Part shown: positions 55,169 to 64,000 of the stretch, one piece after another
Layout of the letters: each line of letters starts with the position of its first letter
Numbering within the stretch: the stretch's first letter is position 1
NCBI GenBank assembly: GCA_964291625.2
Contig: OZ220089.1
Span: 864,001-928,000, forward strand
Source: Candidatus Latescibacterota bacterium
GTDB taxonomy: Bacteria; Latescibacterota; UBA2968; UBA8231
Direction of reading: 5' to 3'
DNA length: 64,000 nt
Translations under genes and position numbers: made by a program
Notes under the pieces: generated by a model
Told to the model about the DNA's origin: nothing
Databases searched by the model: none
The model's input: only the letters and a program-made list of their open reading frames with translations

Positions 55169-56295
55169 GGGCTCCCCTCCCCCGCGGCCTCGCGGCGCCA
55201 GCGCTCCAGGGGGTGCTCGCGCGGGGCCAGGGGCATCTCCACCCGGGCCCGGCGCCGGTGGGACTCGTAGGTGGCGTGGATCATCTCCAGGCAGTCGCGC
55301 CCGTCGGCGCCGCTCGACAGCGGCTCGCGGTCCCGCGCCGCCGCCTCGATCAGGTCCCGAAGCATGAGCCGCTGCAGGAACTTCCGCTTCGAGTCCCGGT
55401 CGCGGGGGTTCCCCGCCTCGTCGAGGTCCTCCTCGGGCAGGGGGACCGGCTCCCAGGCGTCGGCCGGCCCCATGTGCGCCCCCCGGTGGAGGAACATCCG
55501 GGTGCCGACGCTGCGGCGCAGGGCGATGCGGCCCTCGGTGCCGACGATGTCGATCCCGTAGTTTTCGTCGTCGGTCCGCCCCTCGGCGGCGAAGCCGACG
55601 TCGGCGTGGACGCCGCCGCGGAAGCGCAGGCTCACGAAGGCGCGCTCCCCGAGGACCAGCCCCGCGTCCCGGTCCCGCGGGTTCACCTCCTGGGTGCGGC
55701 GGATGTCGGCGAGACCCGACTCGCGGCCGTCGAGCTGGGTCAGGTGGCCGTGGAGCCACTCCACGCCGCCGCCGAAGAGGCGCAGCCAGTCGTAGAGGTG
55801 GGTGCCCATCTCCATCAGCTCGTTGCCGGCCCTGCGGCCCCCCTTGTTGGCGGCCTGGAGGCGGATCACCCGGCCGATGCGGCCGGCCTCGATCCACTCC
55901 TTCGCATGGCCGTTGAAGGGGCTGGCCCGCTTGATGTGGTTGATGGCCAGCTTGACGCCGTGGTCCCGGCAGGCGGCGACCATGCGGTCGGCCTGGATCA
56001 GATCCAGGGCGATCGGCTTCTCGCAGAAGACGTGGACGCCGCGGCCGGCGGCGGCCAGGACCGGCGCCTCGTGCTGGGGCGCCTGGGTGGCGATGACGGC
56101 CACGTCGGGGGCGGTCTCGTCGAGGAGGCGCTCGTAGTCGTCGAAGACGGGAGCGCCGTGGCGCCCGCCCCAGGCCCGGCCGCGTTCGGCGTCGATCTCG
56201 GCGCCGCCCACCAGCTCGCAGCCCGGCTCCTCCCGGACGGCCTCGGCGTGGTGGTGGCCCATGCCGCCCAGGCCGATGACGGCGACGCGGGTCAA
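55165..56295 (-). CDS. Gfo/Idh/MocA oxidoreductase
   Basis: VAVIGLGGMG, HVFCEKP, EMGTHLYD. Confidence 0.92.
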   Translation of the reverse strand: MTRVAVIGLGGMGHHHAEAVREEPGCELVGGAEIDAERGRAWGGRHGAPVFDDYERLLDETAPDVAVIATQAPQHEAPVLAAAGRGVHVFCEKPIALDLIQADRMVAACRDHGVKLAINHIKRASPFNGHAKEWIEAGRIGRVIRLQAANKGGRRAGNELMEMGTHLYDWLRLFGGGVEWLHGHLTQLDGRESGLADIRRTQEVNPRDRDAGLVLGERAFVSLRFRGGVHADVGFAAEGRTDDENYGIDIVGTEGRIALRRSVGTRMFLHRGAHMGPADAWEPVPLPEEDLDEAGNPRDRDSKRKFLQRLMLRDLIEAAARDREPLSSGADGRDCLEMIHATYESHRRRARVEMPLAPREHPLERWRREAAGEGSP

Positions 56296-57479
56296 CGGGG
56301 CTCCTCCCGGGCGGCCAGGCGCTCCATGGCGGCGCCGACGCCGCCGGCCCGGTGCGGGACCCCGGCCAGGCCCAGGCCCATCTCGACGCCGCAGAGGGCG
56401 GCCGCCACCTGCAGGTCGTTCACCGACCCGAGGTGGCCGATGCGGAAGACGCGCCCCTGAAGGGGGCCGAGCCCCGTCCCCAGGGACAGGTCGAAGCGCT
56501 CGAGGATCACCCGCCGCAGCCCGTCGGCGTCGGAGCCCTCCGGCACCCGGACGGCGGTCAGGGTCGGCGAGCGGGCCTCCTCGCGGCTGCAGAACAGCTC
56601 CAGCCCCCAGCCGTCGACGGCGGCGCGGACCACCGCGGCCAGGCGGCGGTGGCGGGCCTGGACCGCCGGCAGTCCCTCGGCCTCCAGCAGGTCCAGGGCC
56701 GCGTCCAGCCCGAAGAGCAGGGGGACGGCCGGCGTGTACGGGAAGAACCCCCGCGCCTCCGCCTCCAGCAGCGGACCCCAGTCCCAGTAGGAGCGCGGGA
56801 GGCCGGCCTGCCGCGAGGCGGCGAGGGCCTTCTCGCCGATGGCGGTGAAGCCGAGGCCGGGGGGCAGCATGAGGCCCTTCTGGGAGCCGGCGACGGTGAC
56901 GTCCACCCCCCACTGGTCGTGGCGGTAGTCGACGGCGCCCAGGGAGGAGACCACGTCGACGAGCAGCAGGGCCCCGTGGCCGGCGCCGTCGATGGCGTTC
57001 CGCAGGGCGGCGACGTCGCTCAGGACGCCGGTGGAGGTCTCGTTGTGCAGGGCCAGGACGGCGCCGATCCGGCCGTCGTCATCGGCGGCGAGACGCTCCT
57101 CCAGGCGCCGCGGATCGACGGGGTGACGCCAGTCGCACCCCAGCCCCTCCACGGTGAGGCCCAGGCGCCGGGCGACCTCGCCCCACTGGCGGGCGAAGTG
57201 GCCGTTGTCGCAGCAGAGGATCAGGTCCCCGGGGGAGAGGGTGTTGACCAGGGCCGCCTCCCAGGCGCCGGTGCCGGAGGAGGGGTAGATGGCGATGGGC
57301 CCGCCGCAGCCGAAGACGGGGCCGAGGCGCTCGAGGAGCGACCGCGTGAGGCGGGCGAACTCGGGCCCCCGGTGGTCGATGAGGGGCCGGGCCATGGCGC
57401 GGCTCACCGCGTCCGGGATGGGCGTGGGCCCGGGGATGTGCAGGTGGTGGCGCCCGGGTCTCGGCGCTTCGTCGCTCAT
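56292..57479 (-). CDS. class V aminotransferase (serine-glyoxylate aminotransferase-like)
   Basis: GRHHLHIPGPT, SSGTGAWEAA, HNETSTG, DVVSS, GSQKGLMLPPG, FRIGHLG. Confidence 0.92.
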   Translation of the reverse strand: MSDEAPRPGRHHLHIPGPTPIPDAVSRAMARPLIDHRGPEFARLTRSLLERLGPVFGCGGPIAIYPSSGTGAWEAALVNTLSPGDLILCCDNGHFARQWGEVARRLGLTVEGLGCDWRHPVDPRRLEERLAADDDGRIGAVLALHNETSTGVLSDVAALRNAIDGAGHGALLLVDVVSSLGAVDYRHDQWGVDVTVAGSQKGLMLPPGLGFTAIGEKALAASRQAGLPRSYWDWGPLLEAEARGFFPYTPAVPLLFGLDAALDLLEAEGLPAVQARHRRLAAVVRAAVDGWGLELFCSREEARSPTLTAVRVPEGSDADGLRRVILERFDLSLGTGLGPLQGRVFRIGHLGSVNDLQVAAALCGVEMGLGLAGVPHRAGGVGAAMERLAAREEPR

Positions 57480-57566
57480 GGGGGCAGGTGCCTCGACGGG
57501 TCCGGTGGTCCGCGGAGGCTCAAGGATCGCACGCGGGCGCGGCCGGAACAACCGGGGCGGGCGTCC

Positions 57567-59234
57567 TCAGGCGAGCAGCTCGCGCACCCGGGGCGAATCC
57601 CCCTCCCGCGCCCGGGCCCTCGCCGCGGCCCACGGCGACCCCGCCGGAGCGTCGGGGTCCGCCCCCTTCTCCAGCAGGAAGGCGACCATCTCCGCCTCCT
57701 CCGCCCGCGCCGCCGCGGCCAGGGGCGTGCCGCCGTGCTCCAGCTCCACCGCCTCCAGGTCGGCGCCGGCGTCGAGCAGGGCCGCGGCGGCCTCGACGGC
57801 CCCCTTCCCGGCGGCCATGTGCAGGAAGGTGCGTCCGATCCAGTTCGGCCGGTCCGGGTCCAGACCGGCGGCCAGCAGCCTGGACAGCAGTCCCGGCGAG
57901 GGCACCTCCCCGCCCCACACGTCCCCCGGCACCAGGTCCGCCACCGCGCCCCCCCAGCGCTCCAGGAACAGGTCGTGCAGCTCGCCATCCTTCGAGTTGA
58001 GCAGGTTGGCCATGAATTGCCAGTCGCCGGCGGCGGGGTACCCGGACAGCAGGGCCTGCTTCATCTCCTCGGGAGAATCGGGCGGCGACGGCGTCGCGCC
58101 GCGGCTGCGCAGCAGCTCCTGCATGGCGCCGCACTCCTCCGGGTGGCTCCACTCGGCGATGAACCAGCAGTCCCCCGAGGAGTCGACGCCGGCGTTCGGG
58201 TCGGCCCCGTGGTCGAGGAGCAGCTCCGCCAGGTCGAGGCGGTTGGCCCCCGACGCCTCGTGCAGGGCCGCCCCTCGGGGCGCCAGGTCCTCGGGCGCGG
58301 CGGGATCGGCCCCGTGGTGCAGCAGCAGCTTCACGAGCTCCAGGCGGCCGGCCCGGACCGCGGCGGTCAGGGGGCTGCGGCGGGCCGGGTCGAGGCGGTT
58401 CGCCGCCCCCGGGTCGGCGGCCAGGACCTCCCGCGCCTCTTCGATGTCCCCCATGCGGCAGACCAGGGTGAAACCGCGGGCGGCGCCGCGGTCCAGCAGG
58501 TGCCGGGCGACGACCCACGGGTCCTTGACCGCCTCCTCCGGCAGGTCGCGGGGGCGGTACCAGTAGTCGCCGTCCACGGCCACCTGCACCGGCGTGCGGC
58601 CGTCGGCGCGCCGGGCGTCGATGTCGGCGCCCAGCTCCAGGAAGCGGTCGGCGAGGTCCAGCTGGCGGGTGAGGGCGCCCCAGTGGAGGGGGTTGTTGCC
58701 CAGGGCGTCGGCGGCCTTCACCAGCTCCGGGTCGGCGGCCAGGAGCGCCTCGATCCGGTCGCCGTCGCGGTCGCGGATGGCCGCGGCCAGCGGCTCGAAG
58801 CCCCCGTCGTACCCGAAGCGGGCGGCCATGGCCTGCCGCAGCAGCCCGTCGACCTCGCGGTGGCCGCGCTCGCCGGCGACGGCCAGCAGCTTGTCCCAGG
58901 AGTTGTAGGTGTAGCGCGACTGCCCGGGGTCGGCGCCGGAGGCCAGCAGCAGCTCCACCACGGCGGCGTGGCCCTCCCGGACCGCCATATGGAGGGGGAA
59001 CTGGTACCAGTACTGGGCGTTGACGAGGTTCGGGTCGCGCCCGAGGAGATCCCGCGCGCCCTCCAGGTCCCCGGCGGCGCAGGCGCAGAACAGGGCCCAG
59101 GCGTCGCGGCCGTCCACGGGCACGACGCCGTACACGTAGCGGTCGGTGTCCATGGCGCCCGGCCGCGTGAGGCGCGTCTTCTCCAGGGTGAAGGAGCCGT
59201 CCGGGGCCGGCCGGCGGGATCCGTTGCGGGACAT
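57567..59234 (-). CDS. ankyrin-repeat protein
   Basis: PLHMAVREGH, GNNPLHWG, SPLTAAV, ALHEAS, GRTFLHMAA, GGTPLAAAA; start could instead be 59153. Confidence 0.9.
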   Translation of the reverse strand: MSRNGSRRPAPDGSFTLEKTRLTRPGAMDTDRYVYGVVPVDGRDAWALFCACAAGDLEGARDLLGRDPNLVNAQYWYQFPLHMAVREGHAAVVELLLASGADPGQSRYTYNSWDKLLAVAGERGHREVDGLLRQAMAARFGYDGGFEPLAAAIRDRDGDRIEALLAADPELVKAADALGNNPLHWGALTRQLDLADRFLELGADIDARRADGRTPVQVAVDGDYWYRPRDLPEEAVKDPWVVARHLLDRGAARGFTLVCRMGDIEEAREVLAADPGAANRLDPARRSPLTAAVRAGRLELVKLLLHHGADPAAPEDLAPRGAALHEASGANRLDLAELLLDHGADPNAGVDSSGDCWFIAEWSHPEECGAMQELLRSRGATPSPPDSPEEMKQALLSGYPAAGDWQFMANLLNSKDGELHDLFLERWGGAVADLVPGDVWGGEVPSPGLLSRLLAAGLDPDRPNWIGRTFLHMAAGKGAVEAAAALLDAGADLEAVELEHGGTPLAAAARAEEAEMVAFLLEKGADPDAPAGSPWAAARARAREGDSPRVRELLA

Positions 59235-59247
59235 GGAGAGGGAGGGA

Positions 59248-59275
59248 CGGGCGCGCGGGGGTTGCCGCGCGCCCG
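59248..59275. terminator. 11-bp GC stem-loop between doxX and the ankyrin gene
   Basis: CGGGCGCGCGG-gggttg-CCGCGCGCCCG perfect stem; no U-tract. Confidence 0.35.
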
Positions 59276-59281
59276 CGCAGA

Positions 59282-59716
59282 TCAGGACTCCCGGCAGCCG
59301 CGGCCGAAGAAGTTGGCGTCCAGGGAGAAGCGCCCCGGGCCGGAAGCGATGAACAGGATCGAGAGGCAGAGGTAGACGGCCGCCAGCTCGTAGGAGCCTC
59401 CCCGGCCTACGAAGGGATCGCCGCCCAGCAAGTGCGTGCCCACGGCCACGGCCATGGTGCAGCCGATGCCAATGGAGGCCAGCGGCGTCAGCAGGCCGAT
59501 CATCCAGGCGATGCCGCCGCCGAACTCCGAGAGGGCCGCCAGCCCCTGGAACAGGCCGGGGGCGAAGGCATCGGGTCCCATCCAGCCGAAGGGGTTCTGG
59601 ATCTTCCCCCAGCCGTGGAAGACGAAGGCGAGACCGGCCACCAGCCGCATCAGCAGCAGGGCGCCGTCGGCCGGCGGCGGCAGGTGGGGCGCCTTGAGGT
59701 ATGCTCGGAGGTTCAT
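59282..59716 (-). CDS. DoxX family membrane protein
   Basis: LLMRLVAG..FVFHGWGK, EFGGG..MIGLLT, YELA, GPGRFSLD. Confidence 0.92.
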   Translation of the reverse strand: MNLRAYLKAPHLPPPADGALLLMRLVAGLAFVFHGWGKIQNPFGWMGPDAFAPGLFQGLAALSEFGGGIAWMIGLLTPLASIGIGCTMAVAVGTHLLGGDPFVGRGGSYELAAVYLCLSILFIASGPGRFSLDANFFGRGCRES

Positions 59717-59914
59717 TGAGAAGGTCCTTTCCCGTGAGGTGTCGAGGAGCCCGGCTCCCGTTCGAGAGGCCCGCTGCGATATAGCGGATCTACACCGTCC
59801 GTGCAACAGGCGGCCGCCTTTGCTGTCCCCTTCCTGTCCCGATAGCCTGCCCATGGCTGGCTCCCTATCGTTGGCCGAAGGACTTGCCATCGCCCAGCGG
59901 AAAAGGAAACGACG

Positions 59915-60859
59915 ATGAACGAGGAAGTAGCCAGCCTGGTGGACACCACGCAGGGATGGGTCGCCCATCACGTCCCCGAAATAGGCCGGGACGTGATGGG
60001 CGTGATCGTCTATCTCCTCCCCGCGGCCCTGGTACTGACGGTCACGGTGCTCCTCTACAAGATCACCAAGCGCTTCGTCCTGGCGGCCATGCGTCGCCAG
60101 GGCCGCCGCGAGGTCCAGGTCCACAGGGCCCAGTCCCTGCTCAAGTACGCCTTCGTGCTGTCGGGGATCGTCCTCCTGGGCATCAGCTTGTCGGGTTCCT
60201 TCGCCGCCATGGGACTCGGCCTGGGCTTCCTCGGCATGCTCATGGGCTGGTCCCTGCAACGGCCCGTGACCGGGGTGGCCGCCTGGATCATGGTCATGAT
60301 GAAGCGGCCCTTCCAGATCGGTGACCGCATCATCTTCCAGGACGTGACGGGCGATGTGCTCGACATCAGTCCCAGCCACATTCTGCTGGGGGAAGTGGGC
60401 GGGACCATCCCCGGGGAAGAAGCGTCCAGGCGGATCATCCTGATCCCCAATGCCCTGCTCTTCGACCAGATGGTCATCAACTACGCGCACACGGACTCAT
60501 TCGAGGAGGCCAAGTTCATTCTCGACGAGGTGCCGGTGCGCATCTCCTATCGCTCGGATTTCCGGTTGACCGAGCGGACCCTCATCGACTGCGCCACCGA
60601 GGTGACTCGCGAGATCATCGAGGAGACCGGGGAGACGCCCTTCGTCCGGGCCGAGCTCTTCCACTCCGGGATCACCATGCGGGTGAGGTACCAGTCCATC
60701 GCGGTGGAGCGAGAGCGCATCGCCAGTGAAGTCCTGGGGAAGATCATCGAGGCCATCCACCAGAACGACCGGATCGATTTCGCCTACCGCCACGTCACCC
60801 TCGAGCAACCCCCGGACGAATGGGAACCGCCGCCGAGTCTGTCGAAGCGGGACCCCTGA
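59915..60859 (+). CDS. small-conductance mechanosensitive channel (MscS family)
   Basis: Three TM helices, KRPFQIGDRI, GDVLDI, IPNALLF..VINY. Confidence 0.9.
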   Translation: MNEEVASLVDTTQGWVAHHVPEIGRDVMGVIVYLLPAALVLTVTVLLYKITKRFVLAAMRRQGRREVQVHRAQSLLKYAFVLSGIVLLGISLSGSFAAMGLGLGFLGMLMGWSLQRPVTGVAAWIMVMMKRPFQIGDRIIFQDVTGDVLDISPSHILLGEVGGTIPGEEASRRIILIPNALLFDQMVINYAHTDSFEEAKFILDEVPVRISYRSDFRLTERTLIDCATEVTREIIEETGETPFVRAELFHSGITMRVRYQSIAVERERIASEVLGKIIEAIHQNDRIDFAYRHVTLEQPPDEWEPPPSLSKRDP

Positions 60860-60989
60860 CGCCGATCCTTCGGGACGCGCACTCAACCACCTGGAGAGCC
60901 GACTCGGCCCGCCGTTTCCCCGCCCCGTGGGCTCGACGACGCGCAGCAGGACACCTCTCCGGGAGCCCCGTCGATGCCGGGCAGCGGCC

Positions 60990-62408
60990 CTACTCCTTCT
61001 CGTGGAACACGCGGCCGGCGTAGCGGGCGGCGAGGATCCACAGCAGCAGGATGACGGCGGTCACGAGGGACAGCCAGCGAATGCTCGAGTAGCCCGAGAA
61101 CAGCATCGTGATCAGGAGACTCAGGCCGACGGCCAGGGCCTTGGCGAAGCGCTGCACGAACATGTCGATGAACGCCTTGGCCTTGTACTTCTCGTCCCGC
61201 GTGGTGGGGACGTAGAGGGCTTCCTTGGCCGACTGGTTGATCGAGTAGCTGAAGCCGTTGTCGGTGGTGTTCAACAGGCTCCCCATGAGGAGCACGGGCG
61301 CGATCAGGAAGCCGGCGGAGCCCAGGAGGGCCGCCACGGGCAGGAAGAGGAGGGCCGTTCCGACGCCGAAGCGCGTCATCACCAGGCTGGTGAGGAACAG
61401 CTGGACGACGAGGGCGACCATGTTGGTGAAGGTGAAGACGCGGGGAAAGTGCTCGCCGATCTCGGGGCCGTCGAGGTAGTGCAGCACCGTCGAGGTGAAC
61501 TGGAAGTCCATGATGGTGGAGACCATCTCGTAGAGACCGACGATGGCCACCACCGACAGCAGGTAGGGGGAGCGCAGCGCCAGCCTCGCCCCCTCCAGGG
61601 CCGGATTCCCCTGCGGCGTGTCCTCCGCCGGGGTCTGGGACCCGGATGGCTCGGGAGCCTCGCTCTCACTCACCGGCGCCGCCAGCCTGCGGCTCACGAC
61701 CCGGCCCGCGGCCAAGGCGATCAGCACGATGACCACGGCGATGGCCACGCACAACCACATGGACAGGGCCGGGCTCAGGCTCTTCACGTTGACGCCGACC
61801 ACGGCGCTGCCGAAGAAGCCACCCGAGACGCCGCCGAGACCGATGAGCCCGTAGAGCCGCTTGGCGGACCCGGAGTCGACGCTGTCGTTGAGGAAGGCGA
61901 AGAAGGTGGCCACCATCATCGTGCTGAAGAGGTCGCCGAAGAGGTAGAAGGACCAGACGGTGCCGCCCCCGGCCCCGTCGAGGACGAAGCTGTAGGCCAC
62001 GTAGCAGAGGATGAAGAACGCCGACAGGATGCAGGTGAGCTGCTGGCGCCGGAAGGAGCGGGCGAGCAGGGTGAATACCGCCACGGCCGCGGCGGCGACG
62101 GCCATGTTGAGGACCTTGGCCAGCAGCTCGGCCTGGGCCGCGTCCATGTGCCAGCCCAGCAGGTCAAAGCCGCCGACGCCCTTGTAGTAGCTGATGAACA
62201 GACCCTTCTTGATCGGCTTGAGGATCCAGAAGGTCGTGATCACCAGAAAGAAGTAGAAGAACATCAGGGCCGTCTGCAGCCGCTCCTCCGGGGCGAAGGC
62301 CTTGATCTGCCAGGCGATGAAGAGCAGGAAGACCACCACCAGCGGCCACTGCAGCACACCCAGGTAGTGCATGAACCCCTCGAAGAACGCGAATCCCGCC
62401 AGTTCCAT
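60990..62408 (-). CDS. Npt1/Npt2 (TLC, ATP/ADP translocase) family nucleotide transporter
   Basis: FWILKPIKKGLF, FFAFLND...AKRLYGLIGLGG, YSINQSAKEALYVP..KYKAKAFID...RFAK. Confidence 0.82.
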   Translation of the reverse strand: MELAGFAFFEGFMHYLGVLQWPLVVVFLLFIAWQIKAFAPEERLQTALMFFYFFLVITTFWILKPIKKGLFISYYKGVGGFDLLGWHMDAAQAELLAKVLNMAVAAAAVAVFTLLARSFRRQQLTCILSAFFILCYVAYSFVLDGAGGGTVWSFYLFGDLFSTMMVATFFAFLNDSVDSGSAKRLYGLIGLGGVSGGFFGSAVVGVNVKSLSPALSMWLCVAIAVVIVLIALAAGRVVSRRLAAPVSESEAPEPSGSQTPAEDTPQGNPALEGARLALRSPYLLSVVAIVGLYEMVSTIMDFQFTSTVLHYLDGPEIGEHFPRVFTFTNMVALVVQLFLTSLVMTRFGVGTALLFLPVAALLGSAGFLIAPVLLMGSLLNTTDNGFSYSINQSAKEALYVPTTRDEKYKAKAFIDMFVQRFAKALAVGLSLLITMLFSGYSSIRWLSLVTAVILLLWILAARYAGRVFHEKE

Positions 62409-62414
62409 TCTCAG

Positions 62415-63998
62415 TTACTCCTCCCTGTCGATGCGCACCAGTTGCATGCGGCCGTCCTCGTGTTTGTACAGGAACGCCGTCGTGGTCTTGCTCCACCTCT
62501 CCCTGTCGCCGCTGCGGCTCTGCAGCCGGTAGCCGAAGAACTCCCCGGGCCTCGCCTCCTCGCCCATGGGGATCACCGTCTCCGCCACCCGCGCCGGCCC
62601 CGCGACCTCCCGGCCCTTCCGGTCGACGACCGCGTACCGCCACTGCCGTGAGGCGCGCGGCACGAGACCGCCCTCCACGGCGAGATCCGCGAACCGCAGC
62701 CGGCCGACCTCGACGGCAAAGCGGTCCAGCGGGTTGACCCGCCCGAACCAGTAGCGGCCGATCATGTCCCGCCGTTCCGCCAGCAGGCGGGTCAGCTCCG
62801 CCGTGGCTCCCGGATCGGAGTAGCGCCCCCTTTCCACCATGGCGCCGATCTCGTCGTCGCGGAAGGCCATGACGATCTTGGCGCCCCAGTAGCCGTCGCG
62901 GTTGGTGCAGCGCTCGAAGGCGGGGTTGGGGTAGGTGGGCACCCAGCCCCTGGCGCTGAAGGTCTCGTTCTCGAAGTAGCCGATGGCCGGGTATTTCATC
63001 GGCAGCGGCTCTTCCCACTTCTTCCGGTAGAGTCCGAGGGAGACGATGGAGCGGAAAACCGTGCGCGGGTCCCAGACGTACTCGTTGCCGTACTTGGGCA
63101 GGTGCGGCATCAGGTTGTTGCTGCCGAGGGTGGAGCCCATGTCGATCAGGTAGTGGCGGATGTACCTGCGGCCGTCGGTCTCGGTCACGTACATGTCCAG
63201 GGTATTGGCAGCCCGGCGGTCGGCGTCGTTCAGCCACGAGCCGATGACCCGCAGGGCCCGCAGCTCGCGGCGGTGCTCGTGGTCCACCCGGTCGTTGGGA
63301 TCGTCCTTGCGGCGGCCGTCGTAGTTGAATACGCCCACCGGCTTGCCCTCCAGGAACCGGCTCGCCATGCAGCGCAAGGTGCCGTCCGGCTGGGGGATGA
63401 TGTTGTCGAGGATTCCCCGAAGGTCCGCCGGCGTCATGGGCCGCTTGCCGCCGTCCCCCGTGGGTACCCTGGCCTTCGGACCGATCTCCAGAAGCCCGGG
63501 ATCGAAATAGACCACCGAGTTGCGCGGCACGTTGTACCCGGCCGCGTGCAGCACCTTGGTGGCGATCACCTCCGCGGCGGAGCCCATCTCGTTGTTGCCT
63601 TCGGAGTCGAACTTCAGAAGGAAGTACTCCCCCGAGGCGTCCTTGATGGTGAAGCCGGCGGTGCCGCCCTCGAACTTGCCGGCCACGATCTCCCAGGGAC
63701 CGCTGTCGTCGGGCCGGGCGAGGCCCGGCCCTTCCGCCAGTTCCTCCAGGGTCATCCGCCGCAGGAAGTGGCGGTTGGTGTACCACGAGGAGTTGGGCAC
63801 CTCGTCGAGGGCGTTGACGTTGTCCGCCTGCCGCGGCCCGACGACGCCGAGCAGGTTGCCGGCGCGGCGGGCCGTCCACCCCAGGTCGAGGAGCTTGCCC
63901 ACCTGGTGGAAGAAGGTGTGGTCGGCGATGTCCCACACCTGGTTCTCCTCGATCTCGGCCGGCTCGGGAATCGTCTTGTCGTCGGCGTCGAACCACTT
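62415..63998 (-). CDS. uncharacterised protein with atypical (HipA/PI3K-like) kinase fold, 5'-truncated by the window
   Basis: EGGTAGF loop, LLKFD, AAEVIA, WLNDADRRAAN, LIDMG; frame stays open to the window edge (KWFDADDKTIPEP...). Confidence 0.7.
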   Translation of the reverse strand, partial: KWFDADDKTIPEPAEIEENQVWDIADHTFFHQVGKLLDLGWTARRAGNLLGVVGPRQADNVNALDEVPNSSWYTNRHFLRRMTLEELAEGPGLARPDDSGPWEIVAGKFEGGTAGFTIKDASGEYFLLKFDSEGNNEMGSAAEVIATKVLHAAGYNVPRNSVVYFDPGLLEIGPKARVPTGDGGKRPMTPADLRGILDNIIPQPDGTLRCMASRFLEGKPVGVFNYDGRRKDDPNDRVDHEHRRELRALRVIGSWLNDADRRAANTLDMYVTETDGRRYIRHYLIDMGSTLGSNNLMPHLPKYGNEYVWDPRTVFRSIVSLGLYRKKWEEPLPMKYPAIGYFENETFSARGWVPTYPNPAFERCTNRDGYWGAKIVMAFRDDEIGAMVERGRYSDPGATAELTRLLAERRDMIGRYWFGRVNPLDRFAVEVGRLRFADLAVEGGLVPRASRQWRYAVVDRKGREVAGPARVAETVIPMGEEARPGEFFGYRLQSRSGDRERWSKTTTAFLYKHEDGRMQLVRIDREE

Positions 63999-64000
63999 GA

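Noticed and set aside
59824-59848. TGTCC-N6-TGTCC upstream of mscS as a sixth copy of the shared motif
   Set aside because: It is a direct repeat only, with no GGACA arm and the wrong spacing to the -10-like hexamer.
60990-62408. NTT transporter as proof of an intracellular energy-parasite lifestyle
   Set aside because: The window is gene-rich and high-GC with no sign of reduction, and NTT homologues occur in free-living bacteria.

Overview
High-GC bacterial chromosome segment (about 70% GC by eye). Signal-peptide/FlgD-Ig/dockerin/LRR proteins, an ankyrin protein and many PhyH, amidohydrolase and Gfo-Idh genes suggest a Latescibacterota/Gemmatimonadota-like, possibly sponge-associated organism; this is inference only. 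From left to right the window holds: the end of a haem cluster (hemG/Y tail, hemA, ccsA-like); a lower-GC RecQ-PRTase + DprA pair (RqlHI-like); msrB; an AAA-DUF4143 ATPase with a palindromic operator; a long minus-strand catabolic/sugar-ABC run; a pgsA-like + MMPL cassette bounded by IS3 relics and diverged direct repeats; three giant secreted LRR-metallopeptidases interleaved with SNF2/SWIM genes; a ligD-ku-TPR operon; metabolic genes; and an Npt/TLC-type nucleotide transporter coupled to an atypical kinase-like gene cut by the window edge. The strongest candidates for undescribed biology are: (1) the modular family built from a constant export header, a variable LRR array and a protease, together with a shared promoter element GGACA-N5-TGTCC-N10-TAnnTT found five times; (2) the kinase + NTT translocase pair; (3) a TPR protein with a beta-clamp-binding motif in the NHEJ operon. 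No rRNA, tRNA, CRISPR array or reverse transcriptase was recognised.
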